From Malacoraja senta (lineage: Eukaryota), in assembly GCA_038087875.1 (NCBI GenBank), contig CM075986.1, positions 16,554,001 through 16,618,000 on the forward strand: 64,000 nt of DNA, in the 5' to 3' direction. The notes beneath the pieces are model-generated. The model was not told where the DNA came from. It did no database searches and worked only from the letters and a program-made list of their open reading frames with translations. Numbering within the stretch: the stretch's first letter is position 1; every line of letters begins with the position of its first letter. Positions 13,400 through 27,800 of this stretch are shown here, piece by piece. A program made the position numbers and the translations under genes.

Positions 13400-13770
13400 T
13401 GGAGTATTGCGTACAGTTCTGGTCACCCAGCTGTAGGAAGATTGTCATTAAGCTGGAATGGGTGCAGAGAAAATTCACCAGATTTGGAGATTTCACCAGC
13501 ATTACAAGAAGCTGGATAGACTGGATTTTTTTAGCAGTGCCCTTAGAAGTATACAGAATCATGAAGGGAGTAGAAAAGGTGGAAGGCCACATTCCTCTGG
13601 CCATATGAAAGGGCCAGAGGAAGGGATTACGATGATTAAAAGACATTTAGATCGGTATATGGATAGGAAAGGTTTAGAAGGATAGGAGGCAAACGGTACC
13701 AGCTCAGATGGACATCTAGGTCGTCATGGATGAGTTAGGCCAATGGGCCTGCTCCCAAGATGTAAAACTG
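13400..13770 (+). mobile_element. CR1 LINE 3' fragment
   Basis: EYCVQFWSPSCRK..LEWVQRKFTR..EVYRIMKG and a CR1 3' UTR. Confidence 0.8.
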
Positions 13771-13973
13771 AGATTTATCTCAATGCTATTTCTACTGCTG
13801 GGATCAAATTATCCAAAGTAAAACAGTGTAAAAATAACGAAATAAAAAATAGTACGTTAATTCTGGGGTACAAAAGTCTCCAAGTGCATGAATTGTTTTA
13901 TAGTAGCAACAACTCTAATGTTACCTCTTTGAATGATTATTGTGGATCTGTTAAGTGTATTTGATATACTGAC

Positions 13974-14102
13974 CGGTGTGCACACAACGATTTCTGCCCC
14001 TTCTTGAAGAGCTTTTGCCTGTTCCCACATGCTGCCTCCACCATACACAGCCACTGACCTCAGGTTGTAGGCTTTTCCAAACTTCCGACATTCAGAATGA
14101 AT
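13974..14102 (-). CDS. DDX42: DDX42 coding exon 9 (IHSECRKFGKAYNLRSVAVYGGGSMWEQAKALQEGAEIVVCTP)
   Basis: 129 nt, gcag/gtcagt borders; ORF 13857-14168. Confidence 0.97.
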
Positions 14103-14479
14103 CTGCATGACAGAAAATAAACTAAAATCAACAAATCGCATCACAAAAATAGTGTGCAGCAAGAACAAGGCACTATTAAGTAGGGATCGGGTAAGATGGT
14201 ATTTGCAACACTTGTGCCACCAACTAGCTTGAAATTTGACCTATCACTGACAAAGTACAAATATGCAATTTAATTCAATTATATTTGCTTTTTACTCCAT
14301 GTCTAAGATTACTAGTAGTTTTCCCCATCAATGTAAACTAGGAATACTTTACCAGATGTGGATGATCTGAAGACTGTACATACATGTGCTCTAAAGATCT
14401 GTGTTCATTGTGAGCTGCTAGATGCCAAATTAACAGCATCAACAAATGCAACATGTTAAGAGAATCAGGGTATTACTTT

Positions 14480-14602
14480 GTGTAGGAAGGAACTGCAGAT
14501 GCTGGTTTAAACTGAAGATGGACAAAAAGAGGGAGTAACTCAACAGGACAGGCAGCATCTCTGGAGAGAAATAATGGGTGACATACCCCCATTCCTTTAC
14601 TC
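14480..14602 (-). mobile_element. Truncated Penelope-type short element
   Basis: Family consensus GTGTAGGAAGGAACTGCAGATGCTGG; TSD CAGGGTATTmCTTT at 14466-14479 and 14603-14616. Confidence 0.75.
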
Positions 14603-15451
14603 CAGGGTATTCCTTTTCCTGTTGTATACATGAATTTAGGAAAAACCTTAATGCCCAATAATTGATAATTCAAACCCACATAACCCAGAAAGACCTAGAT
14701 GTGAAATACTGCAATGGACTTTTGTGACTAGGAATGAACTTTCAATGTCATCAATCCAAGAAACAAGACAACCGTCATGGAAGCTCATTAAACTAATACA
14801 TGCTGCTTTCAGCATTTTATGTTTTATTTTATATTTCTAGCATGTACAGTATTTTGATTTGAGCACATTGACATACTTTGTAGCTCTGTAGCGGTGAAAT
14901 GAACATACAAGGATACGGCAAGAGGGTAGATTGTGGAATTGGGGCTATCACTCACGTGAAAGATAAACACGTGACATTTTCAACTGAATGCGAGGCCATT
15001 TCTACACAAATAAAACAAGTGTGCAACCTCTTAAAGTTCAGAATGGCATGTCTACAAGTAAAGAAGGTGTATACAAATTAGGTAGATACAAAAAAAATAA
15101 TTCACGAAACAATTTCATCAGCCAACATCTGCCGTGGAAAAAAGTCAGAGCCTTTCATTAGACAGATGTTAACGACTGCTTCTTGATTTACATTAAATTA
15201 TGAACATTGTACTTTTAACCACAAGTGCCAGGTTTCCTTTTCAACAATTCTGCTAATTATTCATAAATGAGGATTAAAAAAAATGAAGAATCAATGACAC
15301 AACTTTAAAGTCGACAGAAGTATCATTTTCAAAACCACAGGCTTAGATGATACAGATTCCACCATGCAGACATTTACTATGTTTCTCATCAATGCTACAC
15401 TTGCTGCCAGTGGTGCATAGATTTAAGCTGCTTCCATGATCGCTATCATTA

Positions 15452-15664
<213 letters not shown>

Positions 15665-15910
15665 TTAGGACATTATTTCCTCCCTGGGAGGGGACAGGGA
15701 AGACTGAATTCATAATGCAGTGTATTATATTTAGAACCCAAATTGTTATATTCAACTACTCTAATTATAAGCATTGCTGTATAATGATGAAATTACATAT
15801 GGCAAGGCAGATTGTGGGTGTTTCTGTTACCAAAATGGAAAATAAAAACATTCTAGAGGCAGTAGAACTGCAAAGGAAGATGACGACGCAAGTGAGAGCC
15901 AGTCTCTTAC

Positions 15911-16030
15911 CTGACATTGTATAGGTGTAGGCTGTGTGTATTCCGACTTTCGAATCTGGTGCATCAGCTGCTCATCAAAGCCAAAATGAGCAAAGCTGCT
16001 GCCAGGTTTGGGAGGGTCAGCGCCAGAGAT
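15911..16030 (-). CDS. DDX42: DDX42 coding exon 7 (ISGADPPKPGSSFAHFGFDEQLMHQIRKSEYTQPTPIQCQ; Q motif)
   Basis: 120 nt, ctgcag/gtaag borders. Confidence 0.96.
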
Positions 16031-17882
16031 CTGCAGAGGAACATGGCCAATTCTGTTAAATACTCTTAAAACTAAATTCAGTTACAATATCCCAGAATTA
16101 AAAAGTCTCACAAGTTTTTTCCTCAGTTACATTTTTACAATTATACATTATAATTTCCAAAAGCTCATTTCCAAAACATACTCCACAACCTCAGCAAGAA
16201 ATATGGTACAATGTAACAAATTAAGCAGCGAAAAGGTATTCTTGCAAACACAGAGCTATCATTGTTAATGACAGATATCAAGTTTAAGATTTAAACCTGA
16301 TTTATAAGCACACTGCAGTATCTAAGCATTAGGAACCCAGTCAGTAGCCACTTTCAATTTCCCCAAATATGCTTCAAGGGACATTACAATATATTAGGTT
16401 ATAACCAAAACTACTGGCACTAATTCGGTATCAGCTCAGTACAGTGGTGTCAAGTACCGCAGCTCCAGCATGTTCAATACCTGACCTCCAGTACCATGAG
16501 TGTGGAACAGGCACATTCTTCCATTGATAGTGTGGGTTTCACCCAGGTATAGCCTAGCTTCCTTCCATATCACCAACACATGAAAGTTGGTAACTCAAAT
16601 TAAATTGTCTTCAGTAAGTTAGTGATGGGGGGGGGGGGGGGCATTCACAGGAATTGATGGCAAGAATAAATTACAGGGAAAATTAATGGGACAGGTAATA
16701 GCTCAGTCAGCCAGCATATTGACAATGGGATGAAGTGTACTCTTTCCATGTCAAAAGGATATATGAAAATAGAGCATTGTCAAACTTCCCCAGTAAATGC
16801 TAAGTGTGCTTGAAACAAAAACAAAAAACTGTTCAGCGAATTTGGTTATCCCAAGGGAGCAATCCCAATAGTTTCATTTCCCTCCTCATACTTCCCTGTA
16901 TTAGATTAATGTATTCTTTCATACACATAACCTTTGATTCTTTTTGCCATTAACCTACATTTAGAGGTAATTTATGGTTGTTATTTAATATGCTAACATG
17001 TCTTTAGGACTGGGAGGAAACCAGTCCACAGAAATGAAACCCACTCAGTCTGGGAGAATGTGTAAACTTTGCACTGACAGGACTCCAGGTTGCGATTCAA
17101 TCCAGCTCCCCTGACCTGTGAAACAGCACCACCAACTGCTGTGCCACCATGCTACCTGCATGCAGAGTTCCACAGCTTGCTCTTTTGTTTCCTGTCAGTG
17201 TGCAGATTCATGTCAGCTGTGACAGACGTGCAGATGTTCGCTGCCTTACATGGACCACTGCAGGTCCAGGTGTTGCCGAGTGACAAATGCTGGTACATCT
17301 GTCATGCCATTCCATCACAGGGCTCCACGTGGATTTCAAAAGCAGAGCCAGACAATAAAGAAGGACACTGTGGACCTCCACTGAATTACTCTGGGAAGTC
17401 AGCCTCTCCGACTGTGCACAATAGACCCAGCACAGGATCTGACTTCCTTTTATTTGAATGCGGATTCCAACCTTAGAGACTAAGAAAAAGTATTTGATTT
17501 ATTTTCCTGCTTTTAATTTTGTTATTATTTAAAGTAATTATGGCCCTTTTTAAATAGAAAATGCCGACGAAAGTCAGCAGATAAGCTGAGGAGATAGGAG
17601 GGAGATCGGGTTAATTTCTCTTTAGAACAATGAAAGCCTGTTTTAAGCCGTGACACAGCATCAAATATTTGTACAATAATAGTGGTATTAATTACCTTAC
17701 GACATCTCATTGTGTATGGAGTTATATAAATTCACAATTTTTACTTATTGTCGGATTTGTGGAAATTTGTATTATTTCATAATGTGAACTCTGACAATCG
17801 AGACTAAAAGATGAAGAATGACCACTTGCGCAATGCTGTAACTAGGTAAATTGCATTGTGTTAATCCTCAGGATTTTAATGT

Positions 17883-18055
17883 TTAAGAAGGAACTGCAGA
17901 TGCTGGAAAATCGAAGGTACACAAAAATGCTGGAGAAACTCAGCGGGTGCAGCAGCATCTATGGAGCAAGAAGGGTTTCGGCCCGAAACTTTGCCTATTT
18001 CCTTCGCTCCATAGATGCTGCTGCACCCGCTGAGTTTCTCCAGCATTTTTGTGTA
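17883..18055 (-). mobile_element. Penelope-type fold-back element
   Basis: Near-perfect palindrome; 17-bp TSD CCTCAGGATTTkAATGT at 17866-17882 and 18056-18072. Confidence 0.8.
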
Positions 18056-19047
18056 CCTCAGGATTTGAATGTCTGATAAGGGTGCTATTTATTATCCATC
18101 CTCAGTTGGCCCTGAATATGCAATATACATTTAAGTCAACTATATTGATGGGCAGGATTCACATATGTTACACAAGGAAAGGACGTCAAATGTTCTTCCC
18201 TGAAGGTCACCAACAAACAAAAGGATATCTTTTTAACAACAACATGATAGTTCAGTCATCATTACAGATATGAGCTGTACTTCCAATTCCAGATGTTTAA
18301 TTGCTTGAATTTAAATTTTCAGCTACTTTAGTTGGATTTCACTATATGATTCATGAAGGAAACAGCCATTTTATCTCCCAACTTCATGTTACAAAACTAA
18401 ATTAGTTTTTATTTGAACCCTTTATTTCTACAAAGTGCAATTTTTTGCATCAATATAAGCAGGTTCTTAGCTCAGTTTCGTAGTATTACTGATGCTCAAA
18501 AATTCACATCAAGTCACATCTCAAAATACTGACCTCAAAATGCATGACAGGCACTAGCATTAACATTGTCCATGTGATATCCACAGGAAAGGCATCACAA
18601 AGCAACTAAGATAGGATTTTATTAAATTTAGAATGGAATGAATTCCATTGAAGGAGATGAAATTACAGTTGCAACAAAATATTCCAAGAAATTGCAGCAT
18701 GCATTATTCTTCACTGCACATTATGATCTTGGGAAGGTTTAATCTACTTGGCAATTAACAAATTTATGATCAAAACACAGGATAAGAATCTCATTGATAA
18801 AATCTTTAATTTTGTCAAGTGTAAAATGGAAATACAACTTTTATAAAATATGATCATACAGATAAGGTAAACAGATCAGGGCAAACATTCAGCAATTTGA
18901 TCAGCAACACTAAATCAACTGCAAGCGCAGGATTAAACCAATACTCACTTTGGAAATGCAACAGAAAATTTCAATTAATACTTCTTCCTACTGAATCCCA
19001 TAATTCCCATCGACATAGAACGTTGGTAGAGGAAAGGTGGGACTTAC

Positions 19048-19152
19048 TTTCAAATTCAGCTTCTGCCGGAGATCATCTAGAGGTTCGAGCGAAAGCTTTG
19101 CTAACTCATCGTGTTCAATGTAGAAATTCTTTTCAAATGGCTGGTACTCGAT
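19048..19152 (-). CDS. DDX42: DDX42 coding exon 6 (IEYQPFEKNFYIEHDELAKLSLEPLDDLRQKLNLK)
   Basis: 105 nt, cttag/gtaagt borders. Confidence 0.95.
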
Positions 19153-19973
19153 CTAAGAGGAACCACAGTTATCGGTCTCAATTGGCTCAATTTAAAGAAT
19201 TCAATAAGTTAAAGAATGGCAAAGGATCAAAATCTAAGAAATATTTATCTTCGTAAAATATTTATCTTTCTTCCATTCCCTTGACGTTGTAGTTATATAG
19301 TAACATGCCATGGTTTTCTAAAATAACTCAATTTAGAAACATTATGAATGAACAAAAGGATTTATCATACTTTGAAGATTTGTCACCATTACATTGAACA
19401 AGGCACACTCTCCAAAATCCAAATATATTTAAAAATAACAATGAAGTAATTACAGCACTGGCAGTCTGGATGAATTGAATTGATATAAAGTGCTTCCACC
19501 TTAAGGAAGTTCTCTCTTGACGCTTTTTTTTGCGCTTTCTATCAGTTTTCAACCCTCTATCACTGAACTGCTCATCATTCAGCTTGCTATTTAATCCAAA
19601 GTTGGGTTGGGATAGGGTTTGGGCAAGAGAGTTCAAAGTGATAAAGAATATTATTTTAAAGAAATAAATCAACTCTTCACTTCAACAGCTGAAAGTTACT
19701 GTAAAGGCAAAGAATCCAGAAAAGTTGGAGAAATTCTCAAACATTTGCAGGGACAATTTTCTAGAGAGCTGTGTGCACACTTTGAAAATACCCAACAAAA
19801 ATATATTTCCTAGTATGCTATTGTAAAAAATCCATTAGGATATGTTCAAAACTATAATAAATAAATTAAACCATTAAACCAATAGCAGATATTCGTATTC
19901 AGAAGGCTCACATTCAATTCACCCTGATGACCAAATGCTACACGACTTGGAATCTCTTCAGGTTTTTACTTAC

Positions 19974-20120
19974 CTCAGTATGGTCAATGGAAGGCAATGG
20001 ATCAATCGCTTTCTTCTGTGGAGGTATGGGATTGCCGTCACTATCATAGTCAATATCATCCTCCTCCTCCTGAACCACACCAGCATTAGGATTTTCAGCC
20101 ATGTAGCGAAAATAGGCTTC
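19974..20120 (-). CDS. DDX42: DDX42 coding exon 5 (EAYFRYMAENPNAGVVQEEEDDIDYDSDGNPIPPQKKAIDPLPSIDHTE)
   Basis: 147 nt, gcag/gtaagt borders; ORF 19938-20141. Confidence 0.96.
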
Positions 20121-22163
20121 CTGCACAAAAATGTAATCCACAAGTCAAACTGGAGAGAGAACGCTGAGAAAGCTCATTACACTGAGCTTTCCTTAAACCT
20201 ACATAAATTTCCTTGAAAATACAATGGTGTTCAAACAGTATTCACTAAATGGATCAATATGACAGAATAGCTAATACACAATAGTAGGAGCTACATAAAA
20301 ATAATTTGAAAGGGACTCGCATGGAAATTAATCTGAAGTGTCACAGTGGGCATTAACTTCTATTTCCTAAATGCATTTCACATACAGAGAGGGGAAATCA
20401 CCCTATTAAAGCTTGTAATTTCCCGAGTATCACTTGTACACCCTGGACATTTTCTTCTCTGTCTTTTCTCTGCTAATTCATTTTCATCCACAAATTTATC
20501 TTACCTATACTCCCTTCAAATACAATTTTTCCTGGGTTTTCCTGCTGCTTACGAACCAGTAAATCAGTGCATGCATGTGGCAATGTAGAATAACAATTAC
20601 GTGTCCTGTATGGAAGATCAGCTGTTCTGGTGACAAAACTATTGACTGTTTTAGGATAACAGATATCTGAGAAACACCAAATCAAATATATCTGTAAATC
20701 AGTTACTGCAAATACCAGCAAGTTTTACAATAATGAGCTTGAATCTGAGCACAGAGTTTGGTCTTACTCCAGTGGCACTGCAGTCAACTGACATCAAGTG
20801 CTTTGGACTCATTTAATAATGGCAGCAATGCAATGTGATAACTTTTTCTCAGTTTATAATAACAAATATTGATTTTAGATTTTTTTCATAATTATATCAC
20901 TTATCTCTAGGGAATTCAGTCTGAACCATCCCCATCTCTTTTGATTGTCTCATCTCAGTTGCTTCTTCTTTAGCAATGATTCAAGTATTATTTTCACACT
21001 TGCCTTTAGGTCATTCTTTCATTCAGCTCCCTGTGCTCATTATTTTGGTTTCATTTGCCTCCCACTCTTTGATTCTCTCTCTCTCTCTCTCACACACATC
21101 TACACCTCCATCTTTCACCCACCACTCCCAATTTGCAGGCTTCATTTTTTAATTTATATTCCATGTTCACTTTTCTTGCTTATTTCTCTACTTAAAGCAT
21201 GGCATTTGAAAAGATATGGCAGGGTAAAATAAGCACTAATGCATTCTTCTGAGGAGAGATACATGACTACCAGATCAGGAAGAATTTCTACCATTTTCAT
21301 TTGAAAATTCATTAAAAAGCATTACAAGGGCCCGCTACAAAACTACTGCCTTAAATGTATGCAGTGGGAGTCAATCACATCTTTAATTACATCTGTGATT
21401 TCATAAATTATAAAAGCCACATCCGAAACTGCTATTAATATTGAGAGATATACAATTTACTCATCAACATAAGAACAGCAGCGGGAGAAATTGCAAACAA
21501 GTTGCATTAATAGAGCCCCCCAAAAGATAAGGAATAGCATTTAGGTGCTGATTAAAAAAAATTGTGAAAACCTATTACACTTCCCAATTAAAAGAAATAA
21601 AACATTTTCAGTCATTTTAATTATACAGAATTTTTCCTTCCACTGCAGCCTAGAGTTAGCACCAAGTCATTGATATGGCTACTAATTAATATATTAAGCA
21701 TTTTCACAAGGCAAAGAATTCATTTCAATGATGAGTGGTAGCATAGTCAAAACATCTCACAGGAAAGTGGTGCACTGATAACTGTAAAAGTATAGGATTA
21801 GAACAAACTTATGAAGAAGGGCTAATTTGGTTGTTTTGTCAATTTTAGGCAGTTAGCAATTGAACTCTAGTCTGTCCTTCGGCATCCCGCTCCCCCCCAC
21901 CCCATCCCACATGGATGTCTAGCTGCAAGGGAGTTTATCCGTCAAAAAAAGAGATCCAAACAAAAGCAGGATAGTAGAATCCAGTTCCAGTATGTAGATG
22001 CAAACAATGGAAAAATCTCAATGTTACTAAATAGAATAAGGCAGGCATCTTCATCAGATTGCGGCTGCATACTAAGAATTGAGACAAACTAAAGGCTACA
22101 GTGGATACACAACAATGAATTATTCTTTTTGGTATAGGCAATAAAGACAGTACAAGAACTCAC

Positions 22164-22200
22164 ATGGTCATCTTCCTCTTCAATGTCATCCCTTATACCC
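22164..22200 (-). CDS. DDX42: DDX42 coding exon 4 (GIRDDIEEEDDH)
   Basis: 37 nt, ttgcag/gtgagt borders, phase 2-0. Confidence 0.94.
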
Positions 22201-23188
22201 CTGCAAAAACAAAGGGAAAAACCAACTCCCTACAAGTGTTCAACAGACCCAGCGTGAATGCAGCAAAGCATGAAATGATCACAGTGAATACACCTAGAAG
22301 TTCCTATTTTCTTGATAATCTTTTATAAACTTTGTTCCTGTTTTAAAATCAGAGACAAAATATAAAACTGACTTTTGTGTTCACAATTTTTCAATAACAT
22401 GGACTTTTCCATGCAGCATCTTTAGAAATAAACCAATTTTCATTATAGATAAAATGTATTCTACAAAATAATTCCAGCGTTACATTTCTTTTGTTTAATA
22501 CAATGACATTCCATATAAGTAACACATAATATTCTTAAATTACATCTACTACGGTTAAATGCAGATGCAAGAAATATTAATTTCATAATAATGCTCAAAT
22601 TTAAAGAAATCCAAAAAGCTTTCCACAAACAAATTGTTTTTGGTCAGCCTCAAATCTTTGCAACTGTAATATTACTTATTTCAAGTGATCAAATTCTAAG
22701 CTTATGTTTTCAACTTCAAGTCGATTCTTAATTTGCATTTCAAAACTTACTGTAATTTAAAAAAAATAGAAAGTATTCCCAGCTACCCTTGCTGCATGAT
22801 TACAACTACCACTAATACTAAAGGAATGTTGAGGGTATGGTAGAGATGACTTATAGATTATGATATATTGAAGTATTAATCTTGGACTGCAAAACATCTT
22901 TTCAACATGTCTTTGCTTTATGACTTCAGCCCAAGATAGCCAAATCTCAATCACAGAAGAATTTTAGCAATACTTTTAATGTTTGGACATTGTCTATGAT
23001 CAGTCACAAATTGGGCTTGTCAAGTTGTCAACTTTGTCTTGTTTCACTTTTTCATTATAGATAAAATTTAAGGTAGTCGAGGTAAGTTAATTAGGGCTGA
23101 TTAGTGAATTGTAAACTCAATTACCTCAACAATGTAATTACAAATGAGCTTGTGCAAAATTAAGACTTAGAATAGAAATGGTTCTTAC

Positions 23189-23250
23189 TTGGCATTTTTC
23201 TTCTCGCACTCCTTTTCATCGAGTCTTTTAATATCTTTTGCTGCTTGATC
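23189..23250 (-). CDS. DDX42: DDX42 coding exon 3 (DQAAKDIKRLDEKECEKKNAK)
   Basis: 62 nt, ctctag/gtaag borders. Confidence 0.94.
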
Positions 23251-23728
23251 CTAGAGAGAGAAAAAACAAGGTATCATTATAACTGTTCCATTTCTGGCTG
23301 TCAAATAACTTGGTGCATCGTGTCAGTTACATCAATAAATTTGATTCAGTTTAAGCTGCTAGAGGACATAGAAGAGGCAAGTACTATTGCAACAATTAAA
23401 TATATTTGGACTCGTTCTTAGCAAGGGATGGTTTAGAAGGATATGATCAAATACAGGCAAACAGAAATGGTTTAGGAAGAAAATTGGTCATCATTGACGA
23501 GTTACGCTGAGGGCCTATTTTGTACATATAACTTTGGAGTAGAGACGTTGGTGATGGTCAAAAATGGCAGTCATAGCGTCATAGTCTCACACAGCATGGA
23601 AACAGTCTCCTCTGCCCACCAAGGCCAAGCTAACCGTCAAGCACCCATTAAAAAAAATTATCTCTACATTCCACCTTTCATCTATAAACTAGGGGAAATT
23701 AACTGCAGCCAATTAACCCACTGACCAT

Positions 23729-23820
23729 GTGAAGGAAAGAACTGCAGATGCTGGATTAAATCAAAGGTAGACACAAAATGCTGGAGTAACTCAGGCAGCA
23801 TCTCTGGAGAGAAGGAGAGA
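23729..23820 (-). mobile_element. Truncated Penelope-type element inserted into an older SINE
   Basis: TSD AACCCACTrACCAT at 23715-23728 and 23821-23834. Confidence 0.7.
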
Positions 23821-25110
23821 AACCCACTAACCATAACGTGGGAGAAAACAGAATAGTTGGGAGACACTTATGCGGGTCTGTGTGCAGTCTGCAAGGTCAG
23901 AAGTTAACCTGGCTCACAAGAGCAGTTAGACAGCAGCTCTTCTAGCTGCACCACCCATAATCAGATGTTCAGTTCTGACTTGGACACATTTGCCACACTG
24001 CAAGTTTTACAATATCTATTATTGCAATATACAGGGACTGGGAGATTTAACATTTAAAATTTGCAAGTGCAGTAAATAATAATGCACTATCAAGCTTCAA
24101 AATTCCAATGGTACAGAGCATGGCTCACCAATTGATGTTGTTCTCCCATTCTTTTCATCTGGTACCTTGTTCCAATATTCCCCTTGCATTTGCCCATTCC
24201 CCTGGTTCTCCTGCTCCCTTTAAACTCACCTGGTACCATTTCTCCTCGCTTGCTTCAAATTTACCAGGGTCACTGGAAAAATATCATTCCATGATGTAAC
24301 ATTATAAAAATAATAAAATACATTCTTCTAGGAAGATTAATAGAATAACATTACACACTCTAGAAAAAAATGTTAGTTCTGCACCACAGTCCCAAAAGTG
24401 CTCAATTAACTGAGATTTACAGTTGCCTATATGTTGGATAGCTCAACTAACAATAAATGAAAAGAGGAATGTAACCTTAAAATCAATAGAAACAGGGCAC
24501 ACACAAGGTGAACCTCATCTGAGACTTGGGTTCAAATCGCATGATAGCTAATTGGGTGGATGTCTCTGGTCTAGAATCTGTATAAGGTTTTTACATGAAA
24601 TAAGCATGGGAAGTCAGGTAACTAGTGTACATAGACATAAAGTAAAATGACCCTATATGGAACTGCTGCCTCACAGTTAAATTGACATTTTAATCTTGAA
24701 CAGAGTTTGTAAAATCAGTTGGACACATTTCTACAACCGAAGCAAAGATTTTCTTTTCAAGTCACTTCAAAAGTCGATACAATAAACTCGTGTTCTGTCT
24801 ACTTCCATTACTTGAAGTAATACAGTTACAGGCAGCCTGCAGCTGAATAATAAATAATGGTGTACATTAATTCTCTCATTTGAGGCCATCGAGAAATGGG
24901 AAAATATTACATTGGCGTAAATTTTAGTCTGTGACTGCAGCTTACTATACATTTTGAAATGCAGTAGGAATGTCTCACTTGCCAGCAGCCTATGCTTTTG
25001 CTGCAGAGTCAATGGACATAATGGAATTTCTGGACATACATAAGTATATGTTGCAAATATCAATTACCACAACCAAATTAAAGAAAAATTAATTAGCAAT
25101 TTTAAATCAC

Positions 25111-25273
25111 CTCCACTTCTGCCATATACGCATCCAAAGGGTCCTCTTCACTGTCTTCAAGGTCCTCAGCTTTACTGGGGAACTGTTGTCTGGTTGGAGA
25201 GTTTTCTGCAGGTATGTAGGGCAAGTCAACATTGGCTGAATTGTCTTCTTCATCATCCTCATCTTCAAAATAC
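25111..25273 (-). CDS. DDX42: DDX42 coding exon 2 (YFEDEDDEEDNSANVDLPYIPAENSPTRQQF...DPLDAYMAEVE)
   Basis: 163 nt, ttctag/gtgat borders; ORF 25102-25290; acidic N-terminal region. Confidence 0.96.
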
Positions 25274-25399
25274 CTAGAAGACCCAAGCAACAGAGTAAAG
25301 ATTTCTTAATACTAGCAGTAATTAAAAATAAGTTGATGAGAACTAGATGTAAGCTTTTCATTTGATGAGATTACACAGGAGAAAATGTGGTTCATTGCC

Positions 25400-25910
25400 A
25401 GGGACCAGTGTAGAGAGGTATGTGGGCATACCAAGGACCTTTAACAGAATTACAGATGGAATCAGGAACTGTTGCGATTAGGTGTGTGGGCAAATCTGAA
25501 GACTGGTGTGATTAGGTGGCCGAAAATGGGGACCGATATGATTAGGTGTATGGACGAAACCAAGGATTAGGAACACTAGGAACCAGTGTGGTAAGTGAGC
25601 CTAGGAACTAGTGTGATTATGTGTGTTTTGAAATGAAGGCTTGGTGTAGTGAGATGTAGGAGCAAGGTCAGGGTCCTGTGCATACAGGTGTGCAATAGAA
25701 CCACGGACCTGGGTGGATCGTAAGGCTGGGGACTAGTGCTATTAGATGTGTGCTGGAGTGAGCGGCAGGTGTAGTGAGATGTATGGGCAGGGCCGGGGGC
25801 CCTTGCATATAAGTATGCAAGTAGAACCATGTACTACCATGGTTAGGTGAGGGTGGTTGGAACCACGGACAGGGAGTTGGGACCCGAGAACATCAGTGTG
25901 CAACAGAGCC
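25400..25910. repeat. Degenerate minisatellite (about 33-35 bp unit, GGACC/GGAACT..GTGTGATTAGGTG)
   Basis: Recurring GTGATTAGGTG and GGAACC-like motifs at roughly regular spacing. Confidence 0.5.
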
Positions 25911-26774
25911 AGAGACCAGGAGTGCAGTAAAGTATGGAATGTTCTGCCAGGAGTGGTGGTGGTTGTAGTGACAGATACAATAGTGGCATTTAAGAAGCTT
26001 TTATATAGGCACATGGATAGGCAGGGAATTGAGGGATATGGATCACCTGCAGGCAAAGAAGAATAGTTTAACAGCATCAAGTTTGTCACAGACATAATGG
26101 GCAGAAGAGCCAGTTCCTGTGCTGTACTGCTCAATGTTTTAAAGGTTAATGGAAGACCACTGCCAAAGTTCTCAGGGACCCTACAGACCTGGTTGTTCTG
26201 ACACAACACATAAAATCACCTCATCAGGAACATAGTCACTGGAAGAAACACTGGGAGGACCTCCTCGTCTGATACACTGTTTGATGTGACCACACTTGAC
26301 TCCATCCACAGCAGCCAACCCAAGCTAGCCCTGTCCCACACCAGAAAAGTTAAAGATATATCCATGGCAACTCCACTGAAACCCAGAAATTCAATGTTAT
26401 AAATCCTCAGTCATAAATCCTTAGCCACCTCACCTACATTCAAGAGTAGCATATTCCAAAGACCACAAGAGATGCTGCAATCATGACAATCTTTAAAATG
26501 AGATGTTGGAGTTTGAGATGGATCTCCCTACTGTCTACCACAGAGGAAATCAGAATTCTCCCAAAATGATTCCTCCCAGAATCAAAGAGCTGCTATCAAT
26601 ATCAGTGTAAATTCCATCTATCCAGAAGCACAATGTGTATGATTTTCTTAGCATGACAATTCCAAGAAAAATCCATGGAGCAGCACCAGACTTTATGCAA
26701 TTTAACCAGTACCTTTGACAGTAGCAATTCATAGGATCTTACACAAACTTGTGGAACAAACTCCTCAAATCCAG

Positions 26775-26864
26775 TCTGAAGAAGGGTTTCGCCAGAAACA
26801 TTGCCTATTTCCTTCGCTCCAAGATGCTGCCTCACCCGCTGAGTTTCTCCAGCATTTTTGTCTA
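26775..26864 (+). mobile_element. Penelope-type element beginning at the hammerhead core
   Basis: TCTGAAGAAGGGTTTCGCCAGAAACATTG (degenerate core); TSD TCCTCAAATyCAG at 26762-26774 and 26865-26877. Confidence 0.75.
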
Positions 26865-26959
26865 TCCTCAAATTCAGCTGTCCACAAAAATGTATAGCCA
26901 TTTTCTCCATGATGGCATGCAAACTGGATCAACCACCATGATTACACTGTAGAACCAAG

Positions 26960-27800
26960 ACTACCTGAACCTCAGTAGTTAAGCTGCAGTGTGCAGCCAA
27001 CACTTGCGAATGCTCCAAAGTCAAGTTTCAAATCCTTATTATGCAATAATGAGAAGATGGGCTTTACACTCAAAATCTGCAAGGCAATGGTCCTCTACCC
27101 ACCTGGTACTACTGTACCACACCGGCTTCCAACAATTAAATTCCATAGTGGAATCTTGGAAATTATGGACGGCTTCCCATAGCTCAGAAACCACTTGTCA
27201 GCAGGGAGAGTCGTTGATGAGAAATACATAAGATAAACTAAGCACAAAACTCATGATACACTGGACAGCACTCACATCCCTAGATTTCTACAATTTTCTA
27301 AGCCTTAGATTATTTACAGTAAACACCTCATGGCAATGAAAAAATACCAGAGCACTCTTGACAAAATTTGACCATTTTTTTATGGAAAGACCATTGAACC
27401 ATTGTCAGAATCTCTTCTTCCAGGTCAACATCTCCAGCAAAGAGACCATAAATACACTGACTCTGCTGGGGAGGTCCTGTCATTTGCATGCTCAACACCA
27501 GCCTCCTGCAATGGGCAGAGATGACCATGCACACAGCTGAAAAGATTATGAGATGCATTCAAAATCTCCTTGAAGTGCAACATTCACACTGACTCTTGGG
27601 TCTCTGGCCAAAGACCATTCAAAGTCAAGGAGCATTTGTAAAGCAAGTAGCACAAATGTCCAGCATAAATGAACTTCAACTCACACCATCCATTAGCCAC
27701 CACCTAACCCATCCATGGAAGAATTCCACATTGGCCTTATTAGCCAGCACAGAATCCACTGAACCAGAATGGAAATTAGTTAATCCCAAAAGGACCACCT
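26960..27800 (+). mobile_element. Decayed RTE-like LINE fragment
   Basis: Remnant sequence resembling an RTE RT C-terminus (LKICKAMVL; ...AAATCTCCTTGAAGTGCAACATTCACACTGACTCTTGGG). Confidence 0.5.

Noticed and set aside
16626-16641. Poly-G run (also poly-C at about 43618-43638)
   Set aside because: Simple homopolymers inside repeats with unreliable length and no functional evidence.
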